A stretch of 64,000 nt of DNA from Ascoidea asiatica JCM 7603 (Eukaryota; Fungi; Ascomycota): positions 1,809,066 to 1,873,065 of the forward strand of contig BCKQ01000001.1 of NCBI GenBank assembly GCA_001600695.1. Reading direction: 5' to 3'. Under the pieces are notes generated by a model. It saw only the letters and a program-made list of their open reading frames with translations. It did no database searches and was not told the DNA's origin. How positions within the stretch are numbered: position 1 is the first letter of the stretch; every line of letters starts with the position of its first letter. Below are positions 36,801-47,228 of this stretch, piece by piece. Position numbers and translations under genes: made by a program.

Positions 36801-36848
36801 TAAAATATAGGGCAGTCATTATATAAATATAACAGCAAAAAAAAAAAC

Positions 36849-36919
36849 TGCGTAAGCCCGGAATTGAACCGGGGGCCCGACGATGGCAACGTCGAATTTT
36901 ACCACTAAACCACTTACGC
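36849..36919 (-). tRNA. tRNA-Gly(GCC), intronless, 71 nt
   Basis: Reverse complement GCGTAAGTGGTTTAGTGGTAAAATTCGACGTTGCCATCGTCGGGCCCCCGGTTCAATTCCGGGCTTACGCA: acceptor GCGTAAG/CTTACGC, anticodon arm CGACG-TTGCCAT-CGTCG, A and B boxes, downstream T-run terminator (plus-strand A run 36837-36847). Confidence 0.98.
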
Positions 36920-37165
36920 TTTCTTGATACGTGTTAGGAAAAGCAATAGAGGGCTCGGTGGGGTATTGAGAATTGCCTATACAAATACAAAATACACAAA
37001 TCTATAAATTGAAATGGTTCAATTTGACAAAGAGTAAGAACTATTAATAGAAAGTATCATAGATTTAAAAAAAACAGATATATAATAATAGGATAATAAT
37101 AAGATAAGATTAAAATAAAAATAGGAATAAAAATATAGTACAGTACAGAAAGTTCAGGAGTTCAT

Positions 37166-38563
37166 TTAATATGAAATTGATACATAGTTGAAAAATAAAA
37201 ATAAAATACAAGAGATTAGAATAATTAAAGGATATGAAAATTGTTTAGGTGAAGTAATATAAGAAATAATTTGGCTTTCTTCAATAATTTTTTTATTATT
37301 TGTTTCAAGTTTTCTTTTTTTCTGTTTTTTTGAAATTTTAGTTTTAGTTTTAGTTTTAGTTTTAGTTTTAGTTTTAGTTTTAGTTTTAGTTTTTTTATTT
37401 ATTATATTTGATTTGTTGTTGATTGAAATTTTAACCGATTCTTTTGAAATGATATTATCAGTTAAATCTTTATTTGAATTATTATCTTGATCAAAATTTA
37501 ATAATTTAGAAAAAGAATATAATTCAACTTTTGAATTGATTTTATTAATGGTTTCATTTGGTATAATTTTATTTTTAGATTTTTCATTTTGAAATTTATT
37601 AAATCCATGTTTTTGAACTATTTGAAAATCATTATTAATTATTGAATTATGAATAATTTTATTTTTATTATTTTTAAAATTATTAATATTTGAATTTAAA
37701 TTAATATAATTATTATTTGAAAGATTTTTATTTATAAACTTTACCCAATCTTTAATATTAGAAGAACTAGAAGAACTAGAAGAACTAGAAGAAGATGATG
37801 ATGAAGATGATGAAGATGATGAAGATGATGAAGAAGATGTAATTGAATGTTCATTTTTGATTTCTTTTTTTACTTCTTTTTTTAAATTATCTTCTTCAAT
37901 TAATTCTTCAATTTGTTCTTCGGTTGATTTTTCTATAATATTTTCAATTATTTCATTTTTTCTTTCAATTTCTGATTCTTTTAAATTTTTTAATGATTTA
38001 TTTAATATATTTAATGGAATGAAAGTTTTTATATTATTTATTTTAACTTTATAATTTGGAATATTTCTAGTAATATTATTAATATTATTATTATTATATT
38101 CTTGATTATTATTTTGATTACAATATTGATAATTGTATTGATCATTGTATTCATAATTGTATTGATTAAAATCATGATTCCAATATTGTTGATTATATTG
38201 TTGATTATATTGTTGATTGAATTGTTGATTGAATTGTTGATTGTGAAGATAATTATTGAATTGGTTACTATATTGAAAGTCATTATATAATAATTGATTA
38301 TTATAATTATAGTTATTTAGATAGTCATTTGAGTATGAATTGATATAATTAACTGAATACCAAGATTGAGTATTATTATTATTAATTTTATTTTGATTTC
38401 TATTTACTTTAAGTTCAGAAAAATTATCAAAATATTCATCAGAAGAAATAGTTGAAGAATGAATATCTTGATAATAAATTGAATTATTTGAATCTAAACT
38501 TGAAGAAGAACTTGAATAAGTTCTTTTATTATGATTATTATTAATCCTAGTTGAGTTTATCAT
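37166..38563 (-). CDS. Low-complexity orphan protein with a single C-terminal TM helix (tail-anchored candidate)
   Basis: 465-codon ORF; N/Q/Y-rich repeats, poly-Ser, (TK)n, then YPLIILISCILFLFFNY at the C-terminus. Confidence 0.65.
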   Translation of the reverse strand: MINSTRINNNHNKRTYSSSSSSLDSNNSIYYQDIHSSTISSDEYFDNFSELKVNRNQNKINNNNTQSWYSVNYINSYSNDYLNNYNYNNQLLYNDFQYSNQFNNYLHNQQFNQQFNQQYNQQYNQQYWNHDFNQYNYEYNDQYNYQYCNQNNNQEYNNNNINNITRNIPNYKVKINNIKTFIPLNILNKSLKNLKESEIERKNEIIENIIEKSTEEQIEELIEEDNLKKEVKKEIKNEHSITSSSSSSSSSSSSSSSSSSSSSSSSSSNIKDWVKFINKNLSNNNYINLNSNINNFKNNKNKIIHNSIINNDFQIVQKHGFNKFQNEKSKNKIIPNETINKINSKVELYSFSKLLNFDQDNNSNKDLTDNIISKESVKISINNKSNIINKKTKTKTKTKTKTKTKTKTKISKKQKKRKLETNNKKIIEESQIISYITSPKQFSYPLIILISCILFLFFNYVSISY

Positions 38564-38949
38564 TTTTTTTTATTTTTTTTTAAGTTATATTTATTTAATT
38601 TATAAATGAAAATAATAAATATAAGAGAAACAAAGAATTTTTGAAAATAAAAACATATTTATTTATATTTATATGATTATTAATTATAAGATTCTATTTC
38701 AATTATTATCTATAATGTTTTTTTAATTTCAAATGTTTTAGGAAATAAAGTAATGTATGATCTAGAATAGTTAAAAATAAGATTTATAAATACAAAATAT
38801 AATAAAAGTATTTTTATATATAATAGTTTATAAAAAGCAAATATTAAACATATTAAAAACTCAGAGAAAAGCAATCTAAATCTAAAACTGAGCAGTGATT
38901 TATTCATTAATGTTTATACTGTTTATGAAAGAGAATAAGCAAATTAGGA

Positions 38950-39250
38950 AGGACCCCTTTGAAACCAGTGATGTGGGTCTTGTTCAGACCCAGTCACGGG
39001 ACTTAACGGAGGGTAACACTTTTCTAGTTTATTATTTTTCTTTTAGCGGGGCAGATCAGCCCCACGGAGCTGGAAAAGAAAGAAAACGAGCACAGCGCAA
39101 ACAGCGCAAACAGCGAGAGAGGGGCTCTCCTGTGGCCTTCTGCTCGGAGTTTCTCCGGCCTGGGCCGCGCACCCCCTCGGCCTCGGTCGTGCGCAGTGTT
39201 GGAACTGGCAAAGGTGCCACCAGCCAAAACCTGTGTTCGGAGTTTGCTCA
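38950..39250. promoter_or_regulatory. GC-rich island in the divergent promoter of the orphan and ATO-family genes
   Basis: AGTCACGGGA 38992-39001; Mig1-type TTTTAGCGGGG 39041-39051; tandem CCTCGG 39175-39186. Confidence 0.6.
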
Positions 39251-39858
39251 TAACGCTATTTAAGTACTATTTTAATATATTACTACACAATATCACAATA
39301 ACACAATAAGAAATTGTATGTCAAGGTGATGAAAAGAAAGAACAGAGAGTGACAAAGAAAGTAAACTATGGAGAGAGGTATTTCTTCTACTGAAGAAAGT
39401 CAGTTGAATGCAAAGTTGAATGCAAAAGACGTGGCTAAAGAATGATAAATGGATAGATATAACGAAATATGGAAACTGAGAAGGTAACACCAGAGAAAGA
39501 AACCACCGGACTGCGTGTTTCTTAACAACCAGAATCAAAAGTAGCTGGAATTCGTTTACTTTCTGAAATATTTCATTCAATAATCGAGATTCGGAACTGA
39601 CCCGCAAAATAATTAATTATTGTTGTTATTGTCATTGAAGAGAAATGGTGAATTGATGAGTTAAAGTGGTGTTTGTAAATCTCAGATTATGGAATATGAA
39701 ATGAGAAATGATATAAAATCAATCCAATTTCTCTTCTTTTATCATTTCTTTTATTGTTCATTTTCAATTGAAGTAAGACAGACTCAGGTAAAAAGAAAAT
39801 ATTATAATCACATATATTTACAATAAAGTTATAATAAGTTTTATAACTTAAACAAAAA

Positions 39859-40764
39859 ATGTCATATAGTGGTGATAGTATTGATAAAGTTGATAATATG
39901 AATAATTTTATAGAATCTCAAGATATAAATCTGAATAAATCAAATTTAAAATCAATTAATAATGATAATGATAATGATTATATAAATTTAAATGGTAAAA
40001 GAATATTAAAAGATGATTTAATTGCTTCTTTAATATTAAAAGATAATTATAAATATTTATCTTTAAATAATAATATTAATCAAAATAATTCTTGTAATCA
40101 TAATAATTGTAATGATACCAACAACAATAACAATAACAATAATAATAATCAAATTCCAAAAGCAAATTATTTACCAATGGGTCTTGGTGTATTTGGAATA
40201 ACTCTTTTTACTTTATCTTGTTCAAATGCTGGTTGTCTTGGTTTAGATATTGCAAATATTGCTGTACCTTTAGGATTCTTCTGTGGTGGATTTATATTAT
40301 TTTTATCTGGTTTATTAGCTTTTTTTCAAGGTGATACTTTTACAAGTGCTTTATTTATACCATTTGGTGGTTTTTGGATATCATGGGCTTCAATTAATAC
40401 ATCTCAATTTGGTATAATTTCTGCTTATGGTAATGATACAAATAAATTAAATAATGCCTTAGGTTTTTTTTTATTATCTTGGGCTTTATATTGTTTTTTA
40501 TTATGGATTTGTACTTGGAAAGGTAGAATTGATTTTTTCATACTTGTATTTTTATTATTTTTAACTTTAATTTTATTATCAATTGGTAATTTTAAAAATT
40601 CTTCTGGTTTAATAAAATCTGGTGGTATTGTTGGTATAATTTTATCAATTGGTTCTTTTATTGTTTCTTATACTGAATTAAGTAATAATTCTAATTCTTA
40701 TATTGTTTTAAATTATGGTACAATTCCATTAAAAAGAGTTAAAATTAAACAAGAACAAGTTTAA
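39859..40764 (+). CDS. Ato/Ady2/Gpr1/Fun34/YaaH-family acetate/ammonia transporter
   Basis: ANYLPMGL..FGITLFTLS..N, FFCGGFI....G, GDTF, FGGFWISW, FGIISAY, NNALGFFLLSW, KSGGIVG; six TMs. Confidence 0.9.
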   Translation: MSYSGDSIDKVDNMNNFIESQDINLNKSNLKSINNDNDNDYINLNGKRILKDDLIASLILKDNYKYLSLNNNINQNNSCNHNNCNDTNNNNNNNNNNQIPKANYLPMGLGVFGITLFTLSCSNAGCLGLDIANIAVPLGFFCGGFILFLSGLLAFFQGDTFTSALFIPFGGFWISWASINTSQFGIISAYGNDTNKLNNALGFFLLSWALYCFLLWICTWKGRIDFFILVFLLFLTLILLSIGNFKNSSGLIKSGGIVGIILSIGSFIVSYTELSNNSNSYIVLNYGTIPLKRVKIKQEQV

Positions 40765-40966
40765 AAAAATTTAAAAAAATTTAAATTATCAAAAATTATT
40801 TCAATTCTTCATTAAAAATTTATCTTATCTTATTTTACTTTTATTTTCTTTTTTATTTTAATTTTTATTTTAATTTTTATTTTCATTAATTCATATATAC
40901 TTCAATTTAATTTACATACTACTTAATATTATAAAATGATATAAATTTTTTTATATATAATTCAAA

Positions 40967-41126
40967 TTATGCATTTAATAAATCTTCAAATTCAGCAAAA
41001 TCTTCATCATCTTCATCGTCATCTTCATCATCATCTTCATCTTCTTCATTAGTATCTTGATTATTATTATTATTATTATTGCCATTACCATTAATTATAT
41101 TATTTTCATTATTTCCATTTTCTTTA

Positions 41127-41161
<35 letters not shown>

Positions 41162-41287
41162 ATTTATATTTTCATTTTCATTATTAGTTTTTTGACTACT
41201 TGGTTCATTAATTAAATTTTCAATTTCTTCATCCAGATCCGCATTTTCTTTTTCTTTTAATTTTGCAAAATAATCTGATAATAAATC

Positions 41288-41322
<35 letters not shown>

Positions 41323-41734
41323 TATTATTATTATTATTATTATTACTTGTATCCATAGTAATATTAGTTTCAAGAGTACTATTTGATTTTAATGATTGAA
41401 CATTTGAAATTGAACTATCTAATGTTTCTGAATTACTTATAGTTGTATTTGTAACTATTGAATTTGAATTATTAGAATTTGGTCTATTTAAAACATTTAT
41501 ACTTGAATTATCTTTATTATTATTATTATTATTATTATTAATATTATTAACATCAGAATTATTTATGATAATATTATTATTACTACTAACAACAGTTGAA
41601 TATTGAGACCAAGCAGGTATAACATTATCAATTGCTTTTTGTCTTTTTCTTTCCATTTCTTCTTTTGCTTTCTTTTCTTCTTCTTCATTATCACCAGCTA
41701 TATTAACATGTAAAGTAGTTGTAGATTTAAATTG

Positions 41735-41773
<39 letters not shown>

Positions 41774-42787
41774 TGAATTACTATTAGCAGAATTAGGTGG
41801 AGTTGATTTAATTTGATTTTGAATTGGAGTTGTATTATTTATAATTTGATTATCTTTATTTGTTTTTAAAGTTGTAATTGCATAAGCTGCAGTTGAATTT
41901 GATTGTGCAGGTATAATTCTTGATAATGCAGAACTAAAATCATTATCAGGTATAAAAAATTCATCAATTTTTTTTAAATTTAAAATTATTGGATCAATTT
42001 GAAGCATTAATTTTGATAATTTTTCTTGTTTTAATTTTGATTGAATTGAAGAATCATCATCAATTAAAAAATCACCACAAATATCACAAATAAATTCTTT
42101 TTTAAAATCATCAAATAATGTTGAAGCATCTAATAAATTTTTTTTATTTTTACATCTTGGACATATATAACCTTGAGTTAAATTATCTGTATTTAATTCA
42201 GTTTTTAAAGAATTTACCATTCTATTAATTTTAAATTTTATTGAATCTAAAGCTTCAGAATGATGAATAAAATAATATGTTTTTGTAACATATCTTTGAT
42301 AAAATTGAGGAGTTTTTTCTCTTTCATTTCCATTGGAATTATTATTATTATTATTATTTGGAGTATTAGTATTTGGAGTATTATTGCTAGAGTTATTATT
42401 TGAATTATTATTGTTATTATTATTGTTGTACATGTTAGGAGTTCCTGGCTGAGGAGTTGAATTTCTACTTTTATCGTAATAGTTATTTGAATAACTATAG
42501 TTATTGTTATTATTATTACTATTGATATAGTTATTATTATAATTATTTTGAACAGGTTCTCTTTGAGATACCATTGTCAACAATCTATCTTCACATAATT
42601 TTGTACACAACGCCTTTAGTTCTTTTTTCTGAAATGAAAGTAGATAAATTAAATCTTCTTCAGATAATACACTATGCAATAGTATTGCATCCAAAATTAG
42701 CACATATGGCTTTCCATAAAAGTTTCTAGATACATATCTTATTAATGAAGTTATCAATTTCTCAATTTGGTCATTATTGTTTGTCAT
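40967..42787 (-). CDS. TFA1: Transcription factor IIE large (alpha) subunit
   Basis: LIRYVSRNFY..PYVLILDAILLHSVLSEEDL winged helix, zinc ribbon YICPRC...FICDIC, PAWSQYST, LSDYFAKL, acidic tail EFED. Confidence 0.93.
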
Positions 42788-43255
42788 TTTTATGAATAGA
42801 GTACAATTTGATATGAAAATAATTTAAAGAAACCTGAAAACAATGATTTCCCCTAGTTTTGAAACAGAACCAAATGAGACAGACTAGAGAGTGATTGAAG
42901 AGATTAATTAATAGAAACTTATTAATTGGATTAATAATAATAATAAATAGTTATTGCTCTTTTTTGATGCTTTATTTTATCCTTCTTAGCGTTAAATAAT
43001 TTTGTATATTGCCATCGGAAGAATAATTTCAAAAGATTACGTAATTGCTGACAAAAATAAATATTTCAAAGCCAAAATGACGGATCTCTTTTTTTTCACT
43101 TTCCAAAGTTGTTCAAAACAAAACAAAACAAAACAAAACAAAAGAAGAAGAAGAAGAAGAAGAAGACGAAGACGATGCTGAAAAGATGAAGAAGAAGATG
43201 AAGAAGATCAAATGAAATGACAACAAAGAGCAGATTGAAAAGAATTTAACTCCAA

Positions 43256-43540
43256 ATGACAACAATAATAATAATCTGTTCACTTTTCCTATACTACACC
43301 ATTTGGGTATTTATTGTTCCTTTTCTTGACAAAGATAATCCAATATTAGAGCTTTTTCCAAGTAAAGAAATTGCTATAAAGATACCAGTAGTTTTACTTA
43401 TTCTTGGAACATTTGCAGTTGGTACTTTTGTTGGTATTGTTCTTATTCAGGAGTATTTCAGAGTAAATAAGTTGAAGAAAAATAAAGATTCTAACTTGGT
43501 ATCTCATAAAAATGATTTCTCAAACAAGAAGCAAGATTAA
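43256..43540 (+). CDS. DPM2: Dolichol-phosphate-mannose synthase regulatory subunit Dpm2
   Basis: FLYYTIWVFIVPFLD.DNPI..LFPS...AIKIPVVLL..G...VGTFVG.VL is the two-TM Dpm2 signature. Confidence 0.88.
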   Translation: MTTIIIICSLFLYYTIWVFIVPFLDKDNPILELFPSKEIAIKIPVVLLILGTFAVGTFVGIVLIQEYFRVNKLKKNKDSNLVSHKNDFSNKKQD

Positions 43541-44482
43541 GTTAAAAATACATAATTAAAAAACTGAAGAAAAATAGATAGATGTGTAATTGAACCCAAA
43601 AATAAAAACATACTTGAAAGTTGTGAGCAAATTGTAGGCTTATTGGTGATTTCTAAGTCATAAATTAGGGGATTTTTCTAACTTTTTTATTTAAAAAAAA
43701 ACAGAAAACGAATAAAAAAAATTTTTGAACGAGGAAACACTTTATTATGATCCAGAGTATTTATAGTAATTCTAAATTAATAAAAAAAAATAGAAAATAA
43801 TAGTCTGAGTAGATAAATTTATTAAATACAGAACGATGTTTGAATAATGGTTCGAAAAAGAAAAAGGATAAATTGGAAGTAAGAATCTCCTGTTGTTGTA
43901 AAGACATCTTAGAGAATTAATCCATAAGTATTCATCCCCTACAGCTTAAATATCAAAAATAAAGTACAATAAGTCAAATTAGGATATGGAATTTAATTTT
44001 TTATGACATAATTGTTTATTATCAGACACGCTCAAAAAGATCCCATATAAATGTCATCAAGAAAGTAATAGAGAAAATTTCAGATATTTAAAAATAATTT
44101 AAGAGTTATTACTGATTACGAACAAATGATAAAAGTTTTATGAATGCAAGAATTTATTAATAAAAAAATTGAGGAATATAAGTAGTAATAATCTATTGAA
44201 TTTGAATAATGAGTCAAAATAGACTGTAAAAAATAAAAAAAAAAGTATAAAAGCAGCATACCAATTGAACACTAAAAAAATTGGATTAGTTGATTAATAA
44301 AAAGATATTGAAAATAAAAAAAAAAGAATATGAAAACTGGAATTAAAATTAAGCATTAAAAGTTTTGAAATTAAGAAAATAAAATATCATGAGGAAATTA
44401 AGAGTAAAAAGAATGAAAGAAAACGAGATCATAATAATAGAAAAAAAAATTGTTAAAAAAAGTAAGTTAGTTTCATTAGTTA

Positions 44483-46195
44483 TTAGTTATTAGTACTATT
44501 ATTATTTTCAAGATCTTTTCTATTACGTTTTCTTTCTTTTGATAATTCAATTGATTTTTTAATATTAAAACCATCAGTTAAAATTTCTTGAGTTTCTTCT
44601 AATTCTAAACCCGATAATTCAGGATATAAGAAATAAACAAAAATTGCAGAAACAAAAGATAGACCTGCAAAAAATGAAAAAGTTCCAGTTGGAGTTATAT
44701 TTTCTAACATTGTTAAAAAAGTTGAAGATATAATTAATGAACCTGCCCAATTTACAGCAGTTGGATAAACAATTCCAACACCTCTAACAGATTGTGGAAA
44801 TAATTCAGATTGTTGCCATGGTACATTACCAATACCAATTGCATATGAAGCTGCAAACCAAATCATACTTATAATTACAACTATACCCCAACCAGAAATT
44901 GAATTTGAATTATTAATAACAGAATCATGATTTGAGAATTTTATATTCATAAAATGAAATGCAACAGCACATAAAACTAAAGAACAAACCATCATTGGTA
45001 AACCAAGTAATAAAATTTTTCTTCTACCAACTCTATCAATTATAAAAAAAGCAATTAAAGTGAAAATAAAATTTGTACCAGAAATAATAATTGAAACTGC
45101 AGTTGAATCTTTAAAACCAACAGTTTCAAAAACAGTACCACTAAAATACATTAATGAATTCCAACCTGTGAATTGTTGAATACCTTGTAAACCACAAGCA
45201 ATAATTAAACCTCTAAAATTTGATGGAATTTTATGAATTTGAATAATTGAATTAATAGTTTTTGAAATTATATTTTTACCAGAAATTGAATTATTAATTT
45301 TTGATAATTGATTAATTTTTGATTTAATTATTTTCTCAGAAGGATTTTTATAAATTTTAAATAAAACATTTTCAGCAGATTGTAATTTACCTTTTAAAAT
45401 ATAATATCTTGGAGTATCAGGTAAAAAAATTACAAAAATAAATTGTAAAATTGTTGGAATTAAAGATAAACCAACTAAAATTCTCCAACCATTAACATGA
45501 ATTAAACCAGCACCAATACCATAAGCAATTAATTGACCACCAGTAATTGCAAGTACATTAACAATAACTAATCTACCTCTAAATTTAGAAGGAGCTAATT
45601 CAGAAATATATAAAGGAGCAATTAAAGAACCAAAACCAACACCAAAACCCATTATTAATCTACCAATAATCATTGTCCAAACAGTTTGAGCAGCACATTG
45701 AATAATTGCACCAAGTACAAATAAAATATTTGAAAATAACATTACTGGTTTTCTACCAAATAAATCAGCTAAAATTCCTGCAAATATACAACCAATTAAA
45801 GCACCTAAAGAAGTTGCAGCAGTAATTAATTCTTTTTGACCATAAGTTAAAGTTTTATTATCAAGATCAGTACCAATTGCAACTAAAGCAGAAGATATAT
45901 AACCAGTATCATAACCAAACATAAAACCAGATATTGAAGCAACTAAAGTTAAAATAATTACCATTTTTGAAGGAGTTTCATTATCTAAAGCTAATAATTC
46001 AGAATCATCATTATTACTATTATTATCAGAATCAACAGAATCTATATCATTTATATTATCAATATCTTCTATTGATTTTGAATTTGATTTTATTTTATCT
46101 GATGGCGGTAATGAAGTTTGAGTATCTAATGAATGATTACCTGAATCAGATGAAGAACGATGTAAGCCTTTAAACTTATCCAATATTCCAGTCAT
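44483..46195 (-). CDS. ITR1: myo-Inositol transporter (sugar porter family), 570 aa
   Basis: [92 protein letters not shown]. First ATG at 46195 (the track starts at a TTG). ITR1 vs ITR2 not resolvable. Confidence 0.93.
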   Translation of the reverse strand: MTGILDKFKGLHRSSSDSGNHSLDTQTSLPPSDKIKSNSKSIEDIDNINDIDSVDSDNNSNNDDSELLALDNETPSKMVIILTLVASISGFMFGYDTGYISSALVAIGTDLDNKTLTYGQKELITAATSLGALIGCIFAGILADLFGRKPVMLFSNILFVLGAIIQCAAQTVWTMIIGRLIMGFGVGFGSLIAPLYISELAPSKFRGRLVIVNVLAITGGQLIAYGIGAGLIHVNGWRILVGLSLIPTILQFIFVIFLPDTPRYYILKGKLQSAENVLFKIYKNPSEKIIKSKINQLSKINNSISGKNIISKTINSIIQIHKIPSNFRGLIIACGLQGIQQFTGWNSLMYFSGTVFETVGFKDSTAVSIIISGTNFIFTLIAFFIIDRVGRRKILLLGLPMMVCSLVLCAVAFHFMNIKFSNHDSVINNSNSISGWGIVVIISMIWFAASYAIGIGNVPWQQSELFPQSVRGVGIVYPTAVNWAGSLIISSTFLTMLENITPTGTFSFFAGLSFVSAIFVYFLYPELSGLELEETQEILTDGFNIKKSIELSKERKRNRKDLENNNSTNN

Positions 46196-46273
46196 TTTGG
46201 AAATACTCAATAATAATAATAATAATAGTAATATATATCAGATTATAGTTTCAGTGTTATAAGTATTTGATAA

Positions 46274-46275
<2 letters not shown>

Positions 46276-46305
<30 letters not shown>
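46276..46305. repeat. (AT)15 microsatellite upstream of the ITR start codon
   Basis: Read directly from the sequence. Confidence 0.9.
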
Positions 46306-46307
<2 letters not shown>

Positions 46308-46599
46308 TGTCTAGTTTAAATAATAAAGTAAATATACAATAGAGTGAGTGAAATATTTATAATAGACAGATATGCAGAAATTCGATTAGTGAAAATAGTA
46401 AAAACTCCAAAAAAAAAGAAAGGAAATATTTCTGGATTTATATAGTTTTAAATGATTGTACGAGATTAAAGATATTGATTTCTAAAATTGCCATTTTTGT
46501 ATATCAAATGTTTAAATTGATATCAAAGAAAATACTAGAAAAAAAACAAAGGCCAATGCAAAAGCAAATGCAAATGGTCAATTTCGCCTTTATTTCATC

Positions 46600-46970
46600 G
46601 GAAAAATCGAAAGATACCCAAATAAATGCGGTCTGGCAGCAGCTGATTGGCTGAGGGGAGCTGGACTTACATCACAGCGAGCTTTGGCACAAGGGCCAAA
46701 CTTCCGAAACGAGACGAGTTCTCGGCCAAACAGCGAAAGCAGAACAGACCACACACAGTTTTCTCCGGGAGTGCAGCGCAACACGCTCTGCGTGGGGCTC
46801 GGAAGGCCCAATTGGGACATCTTCAGCTTTCCCCGCCCCGAGCGCGGTGTGCTGCGAGACCCGGGTAACACTGAAATGGAACTGGAATAGTCCTGTTTTG
46901 ATTGGTTTTCTGTCCCTATTTTAAAAGTAAAGAAGACCCTGGTATCTGGCTTCACATGATAACGTGACCA
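46600..46970. promoter_or_regulatory. GC-rich island in the ITR / RING-TRAF divergent promoter with Reb1 site and ICRE/UASINO-like element
   Basis: CCGGGTAA 46861-46868; CTTCACATG 46950-46958; Mig1-like GTGGGG and CCCCGC. Confidence 0.6.
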
Positions 46971-47228
46971 TAAAATAACAATCTAGATCTTAGAATCTTA
47001 GAATCTTAGAATCTTAGAGAAGGGCTCCAAGCAACAATGAGGATTTATAATAAACACATCTGGAGATATTAAAGAAAGGTATTTAATGATATTTATTTCT
47101 TCAGATACTAAAAAGAACTGGTAATTATTTAATATACTTTAATAATCAATTCAATTCAAAATCAACTGTCATTAGATTATCCAATACATTTAACTTCCTC
47201 ATTGGTTTTAATTATTTTTTTCCAAATC

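Noticed and set aside
37336-37389. (TTTTAG)n resembling a telomeric repeat
   Set aside because: Internal and in frame within a CDS, encoding (TK)n; an ordinary microsatellite.
4916-46195. Functional clustering (SFK1/NEO1/ITR membrane-lipid genes; Pex11-like/ECH1-like peroxisomal genes)
   Set aside because: Separated by many unrelated housekeeping genes; no shared motif; consistent with chance.
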